Shown: one piece after another, positions 17,108 through 27,756 of the stretch | How positions within the stretch are numbered: the first letter of the stretch is position 1 | How the letters are laid out: the number at the start of each line of letters is the position of its first letter | Assembly (NCBI GenBank): GCA_964569025.1 | Contig: CAZMSQ010000007.1 | Coordinates: forward strand, 32,940 to 96,939 | Length of the DNA: 64,000 nt | Direction: 5' to 3' | DNA from: an uncultured Saprospiraceae bacterium | Lineage (GTDB): Bacteria; Bacteroidota; Bacteroidia; Chitinophagales; Saprospiraceae | Notes under the pieces: generated by a model | What the model saw: the letters and a program-made list of their open reading frames with translations, nothing else | What the model was told of the DNA's origin: nothing | The model's database searches: none | Translations under genes and position numbers: made by a program

Positions 17108-18541
17108 TCACTCTTCTTGTTGTGGCTCGTAGTCAAGTTGCCTGAGCAACCACTCCCGCTCTGTGAGAGGCTGGGCTTCGCTGATTTCATGCCCCAGTTT
17201 TTGTTTTGCTTCCCTGTCATAGGGGTTTACCCTGAGCAGCCTGCGCGTGTACCGGATGATGTTTCGATAGTTGGATTTGTGATATCCAATCACCTTTTTC
17301 CGCTGCACATAATTGCGCATACTCTCAAGGAGTGATTCAAGGACATCAAATTCTTCTTCCTCATAATACATCTTGAGAAGCATGGTCTTGGCATTCAGGG
17401 TCATCAGAATATCATCGAAGTCAAACTGCATCAAAAGCGGCCGTGCTTTAGCGTAGTCCCCTTTCTCAAAATACAACTTGGCAAGATTGAAATCCACCAT
17501 ACTTTCCCGGTGCCTCTTTTCAAGAAATCTCTGGTAATCCTGAATAAAAGCATAGACCCAGTCATACTTCTTGAGGTACAAACCTGCTGCAACCACATTG
17601 CGGAAGGTCCATCGGGAAAGGATGTTATTTTCAATCAAAATGCGTTCTTCCAACCCTTTCCGGTAGAGATCGAACGATTCCTTGATGTAGTCACGCCGTC
17701 CTGCATTCAGTTGCTGGATGCAGTAATTGATGGCGAGCAGATAGATGTCACGTATCTCTGCATTGGTAAACAGGTGCCCGTGCTCGAACATGGTTTGCTT
17801 CAGGGCTTTGAAATTTTTCTCCTGCCCGTCTTCCTGGCCGATTGTTTTGTAGGTGTGGTAGTAAATGGAAATGGCCGGTAAAGCCAGCAATTCGGACCTT
17901 CCCTCAATATAGGAAATGGCAAAATCCGTGAGTTCAAAATCGTAGTCAACATTGTATACCTGTTTGTGCGACAACATTATGCAACTTTGGCGAAGTTTGT
18001 CAACCAAATAAGCAATGTCAAGGGCATCAGTCATCTCCTGCAGATTAAGCTCTGCAAGCCGCTTCTGTTCACTGAGTGCCAGGTATTGTTCCTGTTGCAG
18101 CAAATAATTGGTGCGGTAATACAGTTCGTTTCGGTATGGCTGCTTTTCTTGTTCTTTGTGAGCTTGATTTAATGTGCGCAGGAATGTTTTATGGAGCTGA
18201 CGCTTTCGGAAGACTCGTGCGAGAGTGATGCGGACCTGAGTATCCTTCTCTGTATATTCTGCAAAAAGGAGATAGGCCTCTACCACTTTCATCAAAAAGT
18301 GCATACTCTGTCTCAAACGGTCATCGTCATATGGTGCATCCGGATAAGCAGCCTCAAATGCCACCCGGCGATCTCCTTCCGGCGCTTCCGACTCTAATAT
18401 TCCGCTCTGTAGTATCCAGTCAAGAAGGCGTACAACATCCTCTCGTTGGTTGTGGGCCGGACTTAAGACCCACTTCTGTAATTCGCGGAACTCCTTTTTT
18501 GAAAAAGTCTGTAAAACCCTGATCAGCTGACTGCTCTTCAT
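17108..18541 (-). CDS. Hypothetical all-alpha (TPR-like) protein; paralogue of the CDS at 58276..59856
   Basis: Long ORF. The N-terminal block YPDAPYDDDRLRQSMHFLMKVVEAYLLF resembles YGASPSDRRYRKLKSVLKYRLIDLLFL in the other protein. No known domain recognised. Confidence 0.55.
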   Translation of the reverse strand: MKSSQLIRVLQTFSKKEFRELQKWVLSPAHNQREDVVRLLDWILQSGILESEAPEGDRRVAFEAAYPDAPYDDDRLRQSMHFLMKVVEAYLLFAEYTEKDTQVRITLARVFRKRQLHKTFLRTLNQAHKEQEKQPYRNELYYRTNYLLQQEQYLALSEQKRLAELNLQEMTDALDIAYLVDKLRQSCIMLSHKQVYNVDYDFELTDFAISYIEGRSELLALPAISIYYHTYKTIGQEDGQEKNFKALKQTMFEHGHLFTNAEIRDIYLLAINYCIQQLNAGRRDYIKESFDLYRKGLEERILIENNILSRWTFRNVVAAGLYLKKYDWVYAFIQDYQRFLEKRHRESMVDFNLAKLYFEKGDYAKARPLLMQFDFDDILMTLNAKTMLLKMYYEEEEFDVLESLLESMRNYVQRKKVIGYHKSNYRNIIRYTRRLLRVNPYDREAKQKLGHEISEAQPLTEREWLLRQLDYEPQQEE

Positions 18542-18758
18542 CGTGCACTTTTTTGGTCAGCCCAAGAAATATTTTCCATCATGCAGAAAAAGAATTTTCA
18601 ACAAATATACTCAATTTAAGAGATTTTGTAAATAAGTAAAAAATTGGAAAAGAGGGTTTTATAATATTTTCTTTCATAGGCTTTCATCACTAAACGAATG
18701 TTTTCATTCAACAACAGGCGTTTTTTGTCATTGGTATGCCTCAGAAAACAGACGATGT

Positions 18759-21700
18759 TTGTATCGTCAAAGAAAAGTATTGACACAATCACAACTCTTG
18801 AAAAACGCTGGTCACATATTCTCTCTTTTTCTCACCTTCCTGCTGGTCCTTGCCATTCAGGTGGGATTCATGTCTTCTGCCCACGCTCAGGGTTGGGAAA
18901 GGAGTTATGGTCTGATCAACGACCTCAGTGATGAGGGATTCGATTTGGTTCCTTTGGCTGACGGAGGTGTGCTCGCAGTTGGGGTGTCTACGTTTTATTC
19001 GTCACAAGATGTGTTTCTGTTACGAGTGGATGTAGACGGAGATATCCTGTGGACAAGGAATATTGGTGGTACTTTTTCTCAGGAGTATGGCCGGGCAGTG
19101 GTGGTCGGGACGGATGGTTCTTTTTTCATAGGCGGCTACCGGTACAGCGGTAACATCGAGAAAAACAATCCATTTTTCCTGAAGGTCAGTCCCTCAGGTC
19201 AACCGCTTGCAACTCGTGAGCTCAAGCTTCCCAATGACGAAATCGTTACTGATATCATTTTGACCACGGAAGGCAAAATTGCTTTCATAGGAAGTGCTCA
19301 AAATCAAGATAGTCCCTCCGATCCATCGGATAATGTGCTGTTTGGCATCCTCGACCAGAACCTCAATGAGGAGGTAATGACGATTATTGCCGACACGCTG
19401 GCCAATGAAGCTACCGCCATGATTGAAACGGGAGATGGCAATCTGGTTTTCATTGGTGTGGCAGAGAATCCGGCAAGCAATAACTCACGGGACATTTATC
19501 TTCGCAAAATTCAGAAGTCCGGTACTCCGGTCTGGTCCTCCCCTGTGTATATCGGCGGTGAGGAAAATGATCAGGGAACTGACCTTGTAGAAGCCCCTAA
19601 TGGTGATTTGGTGATTTGTGGCTCAACTCGCAGCCAAGGCGCCGGGAGTTCAGATGTATTTGTTTCCCGCTTAAGCGCAGAAGGCCAAACACTTTGGTCA
19701 GAACCGCTGATCCTCGGCACCTCTCTTGTCGATGAGGCAACCCGTATCATCAGGACGATTGATGGCAATTACATCGTATCAGGCTATATTGAAACCTCAA
19801 GCCAGAATGTCGACCTGCTCATGGTCAAGATTGATGGTGATGGGAATATTCTGTGGGAGAAGACATTTGGCGATGAGGAAAAAATTGAGCAAGGTTTCGG
19901 AGTCGTGGAACAAGCTGACGGGTCACTCACGCTTGCGGGCGCAGTCATCCAGATTCCAAGTTTCGAAAGTGACTTGTATCTGGTTCGCACCAATGCTGAG
20001 GGTTCATTCCTGTCAAATTGGGTAAAAGGTCGTATTGCCGCTGATGCAAACCTCGACTGTTTTGCAGATACTGATGAAGAGGGTTTTCGTGATTGGATAG
20101 TTACGGCGACTCATGTATCAACTAACAAAGTGTTCATCGGTGATACCGACGCAGAGGGCAACTATCATATTCGCATTGATACTGGAACATATCAGGTACA
20201 ACTGACTCCATCAACAGATATCTGGTCGGCTTGTGTTCCATCTGTTGTGGTTTCGCAGACCTCGTTTTTTGATAGCTCAACGGTTGACTTCGCCGTACAA
20301 AGTACGGTAGATTGCCCGGTCATGCAGGTAGACATTAGTACACCGTTCCTGCGTCGATGCGTTGAAAACCGCTACTCTGTAAGATATTGCAATAACGGAT
20401 CTGTAACTGCTGAGGATGCCCGAATCGAGGTGGTTCTCGACCCGAATCTCACTGTCATTGAAGTTGTCAATGGCCCAGCTTATACCGGGACTGATACTCT
20501 GCTCTTTGATTTGGGGAATGTTCCTGCACAAGAGTGTGGTCGCTTTGAAATCCTGGTTCAGCATAACTGCACTGAGACAATCGAAGGACAAGCCCACTGT
20601 GTCTCAGCTCGTATTTTCCCGGATACGCTCTGTACGCTTCCCAACCCTGATTGGGACGGAAGCAGTCTCGCGGTAAGTGCACGCTGTGAAAACGGCCAGT
20701 TGCAGTTTTTACTCGAGAATAAGGGAGAGGAGGTTTTTGTACAGCCGCTTGATCAGTTGGTTCAGTACATTGTCATTGAAGATGACATCATGCTTCGTCA
20801 AGAGCCTGTGAAACCTCTGCAGCCTGGAGAGATTGATACCATTGATATTTCTAGCAATCAATTTTCAACATACAGAATGATGGTTGACCAGACTCCTGGT
20901 CATCCTGGAAAAAGTAATCCGACCATCGCAGTTGAGGGGTGTGTAGACAACACCGGAACACCTTTCGCCGTTGGCTACCTCACCATGTTTCCGGAAGATG
21001 ATGGCAATCCATCGGTTTCCATCAGCTGCGAAGAGTCAATCAATTCTCTTGTTTCTAATGTGAAAAGGGGCTATCCCAAAGGCTTCGGTGCGGGTAACTA
21101 CATCGAACGCCAAACCGATTTAACCTACACCGTCGTGTTCCATAACGTTGGAACCGACACCGCGTTCTATGTCGCAATCCGCGATACGCTTCCGGCCGAA
21201 GTACAACCCAACACACTCCGTTTTCTGAACAGCAGTCCTTCGGAGCCGACAAGCGTATCGTGGATTTCCGATGGCATTCTCAAGGTCGTCTTCGAATCAG
21301 CAGACCTCCTGCCAGACACTTCTCTGTATGAGTTCGGACACATTACTTTTGAAGTTTCCCAAAACCCTTCAAATGTTTCCGGCGACCAGATTATGAACAG
21401 CGCAGAGATTTATTTTGACTACAACGCACCCATTCAGACTGAGAAAACACTGCATACCGTTATTGACAGCCTCCAAGAGGTCATCATTGTCAGTGTGGAC
21501 CCTGCTCCGGGTTCCAACCAAAATCAACCTTTTCCCATAACCGTCTACCCAAACCCGTTTACACAAACTGCTACGTTTGAGTTGCACGCAGCTCAAACAA
21601 CAGAACCCAATTCCGTACATCTGTCCCAAAACCGTTTTTATCTGTTTGATGTAACTGGTAGACTAGTCAGGCACAATTATTTCGGCGGAACCAAATTTGA

Positions 21701-21794
21701 GTTCCGCCGGAATGGCCTGCATTCCGGGTTTTATGTGTGGCGCATTGAAGTTGGAGGAGAAAAATTTGCAACTGGCACGATAATTGCAAAATAA
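18759..21794 (+). CDS. Large secreted T9SS cargo protein: signal peptide, beta-propeller-like repeats, carboxypeptidase-regulatory-like and DUF11-like segments, and a C-terminal Por/T9SS sorting domain
   Basis: N-terminal signal (…LLVLAIQVGFMSSAHAQ). Repeated about 45-aa units (…DGNLVFIGV…, NGDLVICGS…, DGNYIVSGY…, DGSLTLAGA…). The C-terminus TVYPNPFTQTATFEL…GFYVWRIEVGGEKFATGTIIAK is a typical T9SS C-terminal domain. Confidence 0.85.
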   Translation: MYRQRKVLTQSQLLKNAGHIFSLFLTFLLVLAIQVGFMSSAHAQGWERSYGLINDLSDEGFDLVPLADGGVLAVGVSTFYSSQDVFLLRVDVDGDILWTRNIGGTFSQEYGRAVVVGTDGSFFIGGYRYSGNIEKNNPFFLKVSPSGQPLATRELKLPNDEIVTDIILTTEGKIAFIGSAQNQDSPSDPSDNVLFGILDQNLNEEVMTIIADTLANEATAMIETGDGNLVFIGVAENPASNNSRDIYLRKIQKSGTPVWSSPVYIGGEENDQGTDLVEAPNGDLVICGSTRSQGAGSSDVFVSRLSAEGQTLWSEPLILGTSLVDEATRIIRTIDGNYIVSGYIETSSQNVDLLMVKIDGDGNILWEKTFGDEEKIEQGFGVVEQADGSLTLAGAVIQIPSFESDLYLVRTNAEGSFLSNWVKGRIAADANLDCFADTDEEGFRDWIVTATHVSTNKVFIGDTDAEGNYHIRIDTGTYQVQLTPSTDIWSACVPSVVVSQTSFFDSSTVDFAVQSTVDCPVMQVDISTPFLRRCVENRYSVRYCNNGSVTAEDARIEVVLDPNLTVIEVVNGPAYTGTDTLLFDLGNVPAQECGRFEILVQHNCTETIEGQAHCVSARIFPDTLCTLPNPDWDGSSLAVSARCENGQLQFLLENKGEEVFVQPLDQLVQYIVIEDDIMLRQEPVKPLQPGEIDTIDISSNQFSTYRMMVDQTPGHPGKSNPTIAVEGCVDNTGTPFAVGYLTMFPEDDGNPSVSISCEESINSLVSNVKRGYPKGFGAGNYIERQTDLTYTVVFHNVGTDTAFYVAIRDTLPAEVQPNTLRFLNSSPSEPTSVSWISDGILKVVFESADLLPDTSLYEFGHITFEVSQNPSNVSGDQIMNSAEIYFDYNAPIQTEKTLHTVIDSLQEVIIVSVDPAPGSNQNQPFPITVYPNPFTQTATFELHAAQTTEPNSVHLSQNRFYLFDVTGRLVRHNYFGGTKFEFRRNGLHSGFYVWRIEVGGEKFATGTIIAK

Positions 21795-21940
21795 ATAATA
21801 GTGTAAATAATTAAAATACAGATAGTTGAAGCCGGAAAAGTTGTATTCTAAGTACCAGTTTCAGCCCAAAATAACACGATAAAAAAGCGTCAGCTTTCAA
21901 GATACGTTCGTATATTTTCATGGGATTATAATTATTGGAA

Positions 21941-21965
21941 TCGCCCCTCGGGGCGATTTTTTTTT
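21941..21965 (+). terminator. Rho-independent terminator (TCGCCCC-tcg-GGGCGA followed by T9)
   Basis: Perfect 6-7 bp GC stem with a 3-nt loop, then nine T residues. Lies downstream of the T9SS cargo gene. Confidence 0.6.
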
Positions 21966-22113
21966 ATGCTTGTTCCAACACCACTCTGTGATTTGCCATC
22001 GTGACAACTCAGTTGTGAATAGAATGGCCCGAGGTTTCAACACTCGAACGTCGGGCTGATCAGAACAGGTACATCTGGCGGAAGGAAGTAATGAGCGTAG
22101 ATCCGGTAGGCAT

Positions 22114-23544
22114 CTAAAACTCAGCGTTGCCTGGGAACCTTGGGAAAGGGATGACGTCGCGGATATTATTCATCCCGGCAACAAACTGGACGAGTCGTTC
22201 GAAGCCGAGACCAAAACCGGCGTGGGGGCAAGTACCGAATCGGCGGGTGTCGAGGTACCAGGAGAGGTTTTCTTCAGGGATGTGCATCTCTTGCATGCGC
22301 TGGGTCAGCACATTGAGACGCTCTTCGCGTTGTGAACCACCCACAATCTCACCGATGCCCGGGAAAAGGATATCCATGGCAGCAACCGTTTTGCCATCGT
22401 CATTGAGCCGCATGTAAAAGGCCTTGATATCTTTTGGATAGTCGGACAAGATGACGGGCTTTTTGAAATGCTTTTCAACCAGATAACGCTCATGCTCAGA
22501 TTGCAAATCAGCACCCCAGCCCTCTATCAGATAGTTGAATTTCTTTTTCTTATTGGGTTTTGATTGCCTGAGAATTTCAATAGCCTCAGTGTAGGTCAGT
22601 CGCTCAAATGTATGGTCAACGCAAAATTGCAGCCGTTCGAGCAGGGTCATTTCGGAGCGCTCGTGCTGAGGCTTTTGTTTCTCTTCGTCTGCAAGACGTT
22701 TCGAAAGAAATTCGAGATCATCTCCACAGCGTTCAAGGGTGTAGCTGATTACAGACTTGAGCATCTTTTCAGCAAGGTCCATGTTATCGGCAAGATTGGC
22801 AAATGCAATCTCGGGTTCTATCATCCAAAATTCAGCCAGGTGGCGTGACGTATTGGAGTTTTCTGCCCTGAATGTTGGCCCGAACGTGTACACTCTGCTG
22901 AGGGCAAGTGCCCCTAATTCTGCCTCCAACTGACCGGAAACGGTCAGATGAGTCGGGCGGTCAAAGAAATCCTGTCGATAATCAACTTCTCCGGTCTCTG
23001 TTTTCGGTACGCCATTCAAATCAAGGGCGGTCACCTGAAACATTTCCCCTGCACCTTCTGCATCTGAGGCTGTGATAATGGGGCTATGGAGATAGTAAAA
23101 ACCGTTATCGTTGAAAAACTGATGGATGCCAAAAGCGAGGGCATGTCGGACACGAAAAACGGCGCCAAATGTATTGGTCCGGAAGCGCAGATGGGCATTT
23201 TCCCTGAGGAATTCCAGACTGTGCTTCTTCGGTTGCAGAGGATAATCGCCCGGATCTGAGGTCCCGACAACTTCGATATCGGAGGCCTTAATTTCGATGT
23301 GTTGCCCTTTCCCCTGAGAGGGTACCACTTCGCCGGTGACACTGAGTGCAGCACCCGTTGTGATTTGCCGAAGAAGCTCAGAGTCAGCATTATCCAAGGC
23401 AAGAACTACCTGAATTGTCTGCAGACAGGAACCATCGTTGAGGGCGATAAACTGATTGTTGCGAAACGTTCTGACCCATCCGTTGATGGTCACCTCGTAG
23501 TTTGTCTTTTCGGAAGACAGCACATCAGCAATTCTGGACTTCAT
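22114..23544 (-). CDS. asnS: Asparagine--tRNA ligase
   Basis: Class II aaRS motifs. C-terminus [34 protein letters not shown] is characteristic of AsnRS. Start placed at ATG 23544 (MKSRIADVL). Confidence 0.9.
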   Translation of the reverse strand: MKSRIADVLSSEKTNYEVTINGWVRTFRNNQFIALNDGSCLQTIQVVLALDNADSELLRQITTGAALSVTGEVVPSQGKGQHIEIKASDIEVVGTSDPGDYPLQPKKHSLEFLRENAHLRFRTNTFGAVFRVRHALAFGIHQFFNDNGFYYLHSPIITASDAEGAGEMFQVTALDLNGVPKTETGEVDYRQDFFDRPTHLTVSGQLEAELGALALSRVYTFGPTFRAENSNTSRHLAEFWMIEPEIAFANLADNMDLAEKMLKSVISYTLERCGDDLEFLSKRLADEEKQKPQHERSEMTLLERLQFCVDHTFERLTYTEAIEILRQSKPNKKKKFNYLIEGWGADLQSEHERYLVEKHFKKPVILSDYPKDIKAFYMRLNDDGKTVAAMDILFPGIGEIVGGSQREERLNVLTQRMQEMHIPEENLSWYLDTRRFGTCPHAGFGLGFERLVQFVAGMNNIRDVIPFPRFPGNAEF

Positions 23545-23612
23545 AATCGTATCGGTAAGGCGTTTATGCCGCGAAAATACGGAAAATTGGTTCAGAAGGT
23601 GGCGCAGTATCT

Positions 23613-24425
23613 TTACCAATTATCACCGCTCAGAATATTTCCCAAGCCTCCGAGCACGCTCCCTTCTCCTTTACCGGACCCGAAACTGCTCCGTCGAGCA
23701 TTTGATAAGACACGGTCAGAGAGGCGAGCAAATGGAAGGGACTGAATCCAGACGGAACCCGGTCCGCGGAGACGCGCAAAAAACAGGCCTTCTCCGCCGA
23801 AGACGGCATTGCGGATTCCCTTGACCATTTCTATGTCATAATCGATATCCCGGGTAAACGCAACCAGGCACCCGGTATCCACCATCAGGGTTTCTCCCGG
23901 TTGGAGCTCCCGCTCGACAATCGTTCCTCCAGCATGCAGGAATGCCCATCCGTCTCCCTCAAGTCGTTGCATAATGAAACCCTCACCGCCAAACAGGCCG
24001 CGACCGAGGCGTTTCGAAAATTCAATGCCGACAGAAACACCCTTTGCGGCGCACAAGAAAGCATCTTTCTGGCAGATAATCCGCTCACCGCGAGAGCTCA
24101 GGTCCAGAGGGATAATTTTTCCCGGATACGGAGATGCGAATGAGACCCGCTTTTTTCCGGGCCCGCTGTGGGTAAAAGCAGTCATGAACAAACTCTCACC
24201 GGCCAACAGCCGCTTGCCGGCAGAAAATAATTGTCCCCAAACTCCGCCGGAGCCCGATGAGTTACTCCCATCTCCAAACAGTGTTGTCATTTCCATCCCT
24301 TCTTCCATCATCATGAATGCTCCAGACTCGGCAATGACGGTTTCCAACGGATCTAATTCAATTTCTACAAACTGCATCTCCTCTCCGTAAATAAAATAGT
24401 CGATTTCGTGTGCGTGCTTTTCCAT
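23613..24425 (-). CDS. AIM24/TIGR00266 family protein (DUF124)
   Basis: About 270 aa. Pattern …[14 protein letters not shown]…GESLFMTAF…[22 protein letters not shown]… is typical of the AIM24 family. Confidence 0.75.
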   Translation of the reverse strand: MEKHAHEIDYFIYGEEMQFVEIELDPLETVIAESGAFMMMEEGMEMTTLFGDGSNSSGSGGVWGQLFSAGKRLLAGESLFMTAFTHSGPGKKRVSFASPYPGKIIPLDLSSRGERIICQKDAFLCAAKGVSVGIEFSKRLGRGLFGGEGFIMQRLEGDGWAFLHAGGTIVERELQPGETLMVDTGCLVAFTRDIDYDIEMVKGIRNAVFGGEGLFFARLRGPGSVWIQSLPFARLSDRVLSNARRSSFGSGKGEGSVLGGLGNILSGDNW

Positions 24426-24442
24426 GAGATTTTAACATTTTA

Positions 24443-24775
24443 ATGAGCCACATTTCCGTGGGTGCAGACAATATAAACAGGTTCGCTCCTGTTAAAGAAA
24501 TGATTTTTCAAAATTTTTCACACAATATTTACACGCTTATGATGCGAGAACTTACACTGAATGCGCTTGTCAAGTCACTTTACAAGGAAGGTTCCCGTGC
24601 CGATCGGAGAATGTTCCAGGCAGCTGCTGCCGCAGATCCCGTTTTGCGTGATGAAATGCAGGATGTGCGTTTGGCGTGGCAACACCTCCCGAGAGTGAGG
24701 TTCAGGCCCCCACAAAGAAGTCTGCGCAATATTCTGAAATACAGCAGAGAAACTCCAGTGCAGGCACCCTGTTAA
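24443..24775 (+). CDS. Possible small hypothetical protein in the 570-bp recA upstream region
   Basis: ORF only. The middle segment MMRELTLNALVKSLYKEGSRADRRMFQAAAAADPVLRDEMQDVRLAWQHL looks helical and protein-like. No homology recognised. Confidence 0.2.
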   Translation: MSHISVGADNINRFAPVKEMIFQNFSHNIYTLMMRELTLNALVKSLYKEGSRADRRMFQAAAAADPVLRDEMQDVRLAWQHLPRVRFRPPQRSLRNILKYSRETPVQAPC

Positions 24776-24997
24776 ACAGGTGGCGTACCATACTGTATGG
24801 TGCTTGTGACTTGGCAGGCAATCCTGAAAGGGGAGTGGTTTCATGACCATTCCCCTTTTCTATGAAAATTAAATTGCAGATGTTTTTTGTTGGACAACTT
24901 GCGCGAGACAAACAAAATGTTTACTTTTGTAGTGCTCCTTTGCTGATTTCTTCACGGCAGCTGTCGTAAAGATTTTTTCACGACTAAATCCAACAAA

Positions 24998-26074
24998 ATG
25001 GCAAATTCTGACCAACAAGCAAAAATGAAAGCCCTTCAGCTGACCATGGACCGGCTCGACAAAACGTATGGCAAAGGGACCGTGATGCGACTCGGAGATC
25101 AGCAAATTGTTGATGTTGACATAATCCCGACTGGCTCTCTCGGCCTCGATATTGCACTTGGAATCAATGGCTTTCCGAAGGGGCGGATCATTGAAATCTA
25201 CGGACCAGAATCTTCAGGAAAAACCACATTGGCCATTCATGCCATCGCCGAAGTACACCGAAAAGGAGGGGTTGCCGCTTTTATTGATGCTGAGCACGCG
25301 TTTGACAGATTCTACGCTGAATCTCTCGGGGTAGATACTGAAAACCTGCTAATCGCACAACCTGATAACGGAGAGCAGGCCCTGGAAATCGCCGAAAACT
25401 TGATTCGTTCCGGTGCCATTGACTTGCTGGTGGTTGACTCAGTTGCAGCCCTTACCCCACGATCTGAAATCGAAGGAGAGATGGGTGACTCAAAAATGGG
25501 CTTGCAGGCCCGCCTGATGTCCCAGGCTATGCGAAAACTGACCTCCGCCATCGGACGCACCGGTTGCTCAAGTATTTTTATCAACCAGCTCCGTGAGAAA
25601 ATCGGCGTCATGTTCGGCAACCCCGAAACAACTACAGGAGGAAATGCCCTTAAATTCTACGCCTCCATCCGACTCGATATACGCCGGTCTGGTTCCGCTA
25701 TTAAGGACAAGGAAGGAAATGTCGTTGGAAATCACGTGAAGGTCAAAGTGGTCAAAAATAAACTGGCCCCCCCCTTCCGTGTGGCAGAATTTGATATCAT
25801 GTACGGTGAAGGCATTTCAAAGTCAGGAGAAATCGTTGATCTCGGGGTCGATCTCGATATTGTCCAGAAAAGTGGTTCATGGTATAGCTACAAAGATGCC
25901 AAGATCGCACAGGGAAGAGATGCCGCTAAACAGTTTTTTGAAGATAACCCCGAAGTTGCAGCTGAAGTGGAAAGTCTGATCAAAGATAAATTGTCTACCC
26001 GCCCAAGAAATGGCAAAGCCGCTGAAGCAGAAGAAGCCCCATCTGGCAAAAATAAGGCTGAAAAAGGTGAATAA
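24998..26074 (+). CDS. recA: Recombinase RecA
   Basis: Walker [12 protein letters not shown]. Full-length collinearity with RecA. Confidence 0.97.
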   Translation: MANSDQQAKMKALQLTMDRLDKTYGKGTVMRLGDQQIVDVDIIPTGSLGLDIALGINGFPKGRIIEIYGPESSGKTTLAIHAIAEVHRKGGVAAFIDAEHAFDRFYAESLGVDTENLLIAQPDNGEQALEIAENLIRSGAIDLLVVDSVAALTPRSEIEGEMGDSKMGLQARLMSQAMRKLTSAIGRTGCSSIFINQLREKIGVMFGNPETTTGGNALKFYASIRLDIRRSGSAIKDKEGNVVGNHVKVKVVKNKLAPPFRVAEFDIMYGEGISKSGEIVDLGVDLDIVQKSGSWYSYKDAKIAQGRDAAKQFFEDNPEVAAEVESLIKDKLSTRPRNGKAAEAEEAPSGKNKAEKGE

Positions 26075-26381
26075 CAGCTGACAAAATCCCCCCCCCCCAC
26101 ATCCCGGTATCACCATATTCACGCAGACAGGTTCGGAAGAATAGATTCCTTTGAGTTATTCCTTCCGATCCTGCCTGTTACTGTCAGATGGTACGACCAA
26201 ATCCCATTCAGGTGTTTTGAAACAACTGTTTCATTGGTGGGCCATTTGAATCAAATTCACTGATCTCGTGTTATCGGATAATCAATAAGCGTTCATATGA
26301 GAACAAATCATGTGATGTGATTTTTTTTCATCAAATTGGGGCCGATATGAGAAATTCTCTGGGTACGAAACAGGCAAGTGT

Positions 26382-26972
26382 ATGGTGATTGATATCATTT
26401 TTCTGATGATTTCGGCCTGGGGCTTTTATGTTGGCTTCAACAGGGGAATTATCAAAACAGTTTTCTGGGTTCTTTCTATTTTGATTGGCCTTTTGACAGG
26501 TTTCAAACTGGCTCCGGCAACCACAGTATTTCTGGAGACAGCATTCAATACGACCAATCCTCTGATGTTTCTCGCTGGCTTTCTGCTTACGTTCATCCTG
26601 AGTATGGTTATCGTCCGTGTCATCGCCCGCCTGCTCGAAGGGCTTCTGAAGAAAGCAAATGTCAATTTCATCAATCAAATGGCGGGCGGTGCCCTGCTTG
26701 CCGGAGTTTTTGTCTTGTTGTATAGCTGGGTGCTCTGGTTTGCCAATGAATCAACCCTCTTATCAGAGCAGGAGCGAACAAACTCCAGAACGTATCCATA
26801 CCTTAAGGAGTTTCCGACTGAGATGTCAAGACTGGGAATCCACCTTCAGCCTGTATTTACTGACTTTTGGGAGCGTACAGTGGGAATGATGAATAAGCTC
26901 GAGGAAATGAGCAAGGAAAAAGTGGTGCCGGAGAATGGACCCAAAGACGAAGCCGGTTCGGAATCTCTTTAA
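26382..26972 (+). CDS. cvpA: CvpA family membrane protein (colicin V production protein-like)
   Basis: N-terminal multi-transmembrane region MVIDIIFLMISAWGFYVGFNRGIIKTVFWVLSILIGLL is typical of CvpA. Confidence 0.75.
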   Translation: MVIDIIFLMISAWGFYVGFNRGIIKTVFWVLSILIGLLTGFKLAPATTVFLETAFNTTNPLMFLAGFLLTFILSMVIVRVIARLLEGLLKKANVNFINQMAGGALLAGVFVLLYSWVLWFANESTLLSEQERTNSRTYPYLKEFPTEMSRLGIHLQPVFTDFWERTVGMMNKLEEMSKEKVVPENGPKDEAGSESL

Positions 26973-27085
26973 TGATTGAAAATCGCTTCAGTTGCTTACA
27001 ATAAAAGCGCACCCTTCATCTCAGGGGGTTTCTGGCCCTGAACTCTCTGCAGAAATGACCGTTTATCATTTGAAATGAAAACCTG

Positions 27086-27694
27086 ATGCGGTCAATTTGG
27101 CGAAAATTAAGGCAGTGGGGAAGGGAGGAACAAGCCAGTTCATCGTCTCATCCGTTTGTTCACGAAGTGATTACCCGTTCAGATGCAGAACAAGAAGCTT
27201 ACCGACGGTGGAGGCAGTCTCCGGTTTGTCGTCTTTTGATAGAATGGATCAACAGACAATATCAGCTGTTTCTGCTTCAGCCGGAACAAATTGACGATTC
27301 AATAGACTTTCTCCAAACCCCATCCTCCAATGGGTTTGTCATTCACTTTTCGACTTTGAATTACACAGCTGCTGAGGCGATGTATACATTTGACTTATTC
27401 AAAGAGCGCATTCTTGAATCCCTCCAATACAAGCCTTCACTCTCAGATGTCCGAAAGTTTCGTAAATCGGGTACAGTAGAGGAGGTGCAGCGACACTATC
27501 TCAAGCCTCGCATTCAGATTCAGGATGGGCAAAAAATAAACCAGCAATTTGGTAATGTGACCATTGAATATATTGCCAGAGATGATCGGCCTTATCAATT
27601 GAAAATCAGTGCAACCCGATATTCTGACCGGATGTATACTGAAGGGCGTGACTTCGGTGGCCTGTTCGAAGTATTGGTTGATCTGAGGGCTTGA
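27086..27694 (+). CDS. Hypothetical cytoplasmic protein
   Basis: ORF of 202 aa with no recognisable motif. Confidence 0.45.
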   Translation: MRSIWRKLRQWGREEQASSSSHPFVHEVITRSDAEQEAYRRWRQSPVCRLLIEWINRQYQLFLLQPEQIDDSIDFLQTPSSNGFVIHFSTLNYTAAEAMYTFDLFKERILESLQYKPSLSDVRKFRKSGTVEEVQRHYLKPRIQIQDGQKINQQFGNVTIEYIARDDRPYQLKISATRYSDRMYTEGRDFGGLFEVLVDLRA

Positions 27695-27756
27695 GATAGA
27701 GGGTGTGTATGGCTAATCCTGAGTGGTGAGTTGCCAGAGAAAGAATTCAAAGGGGG

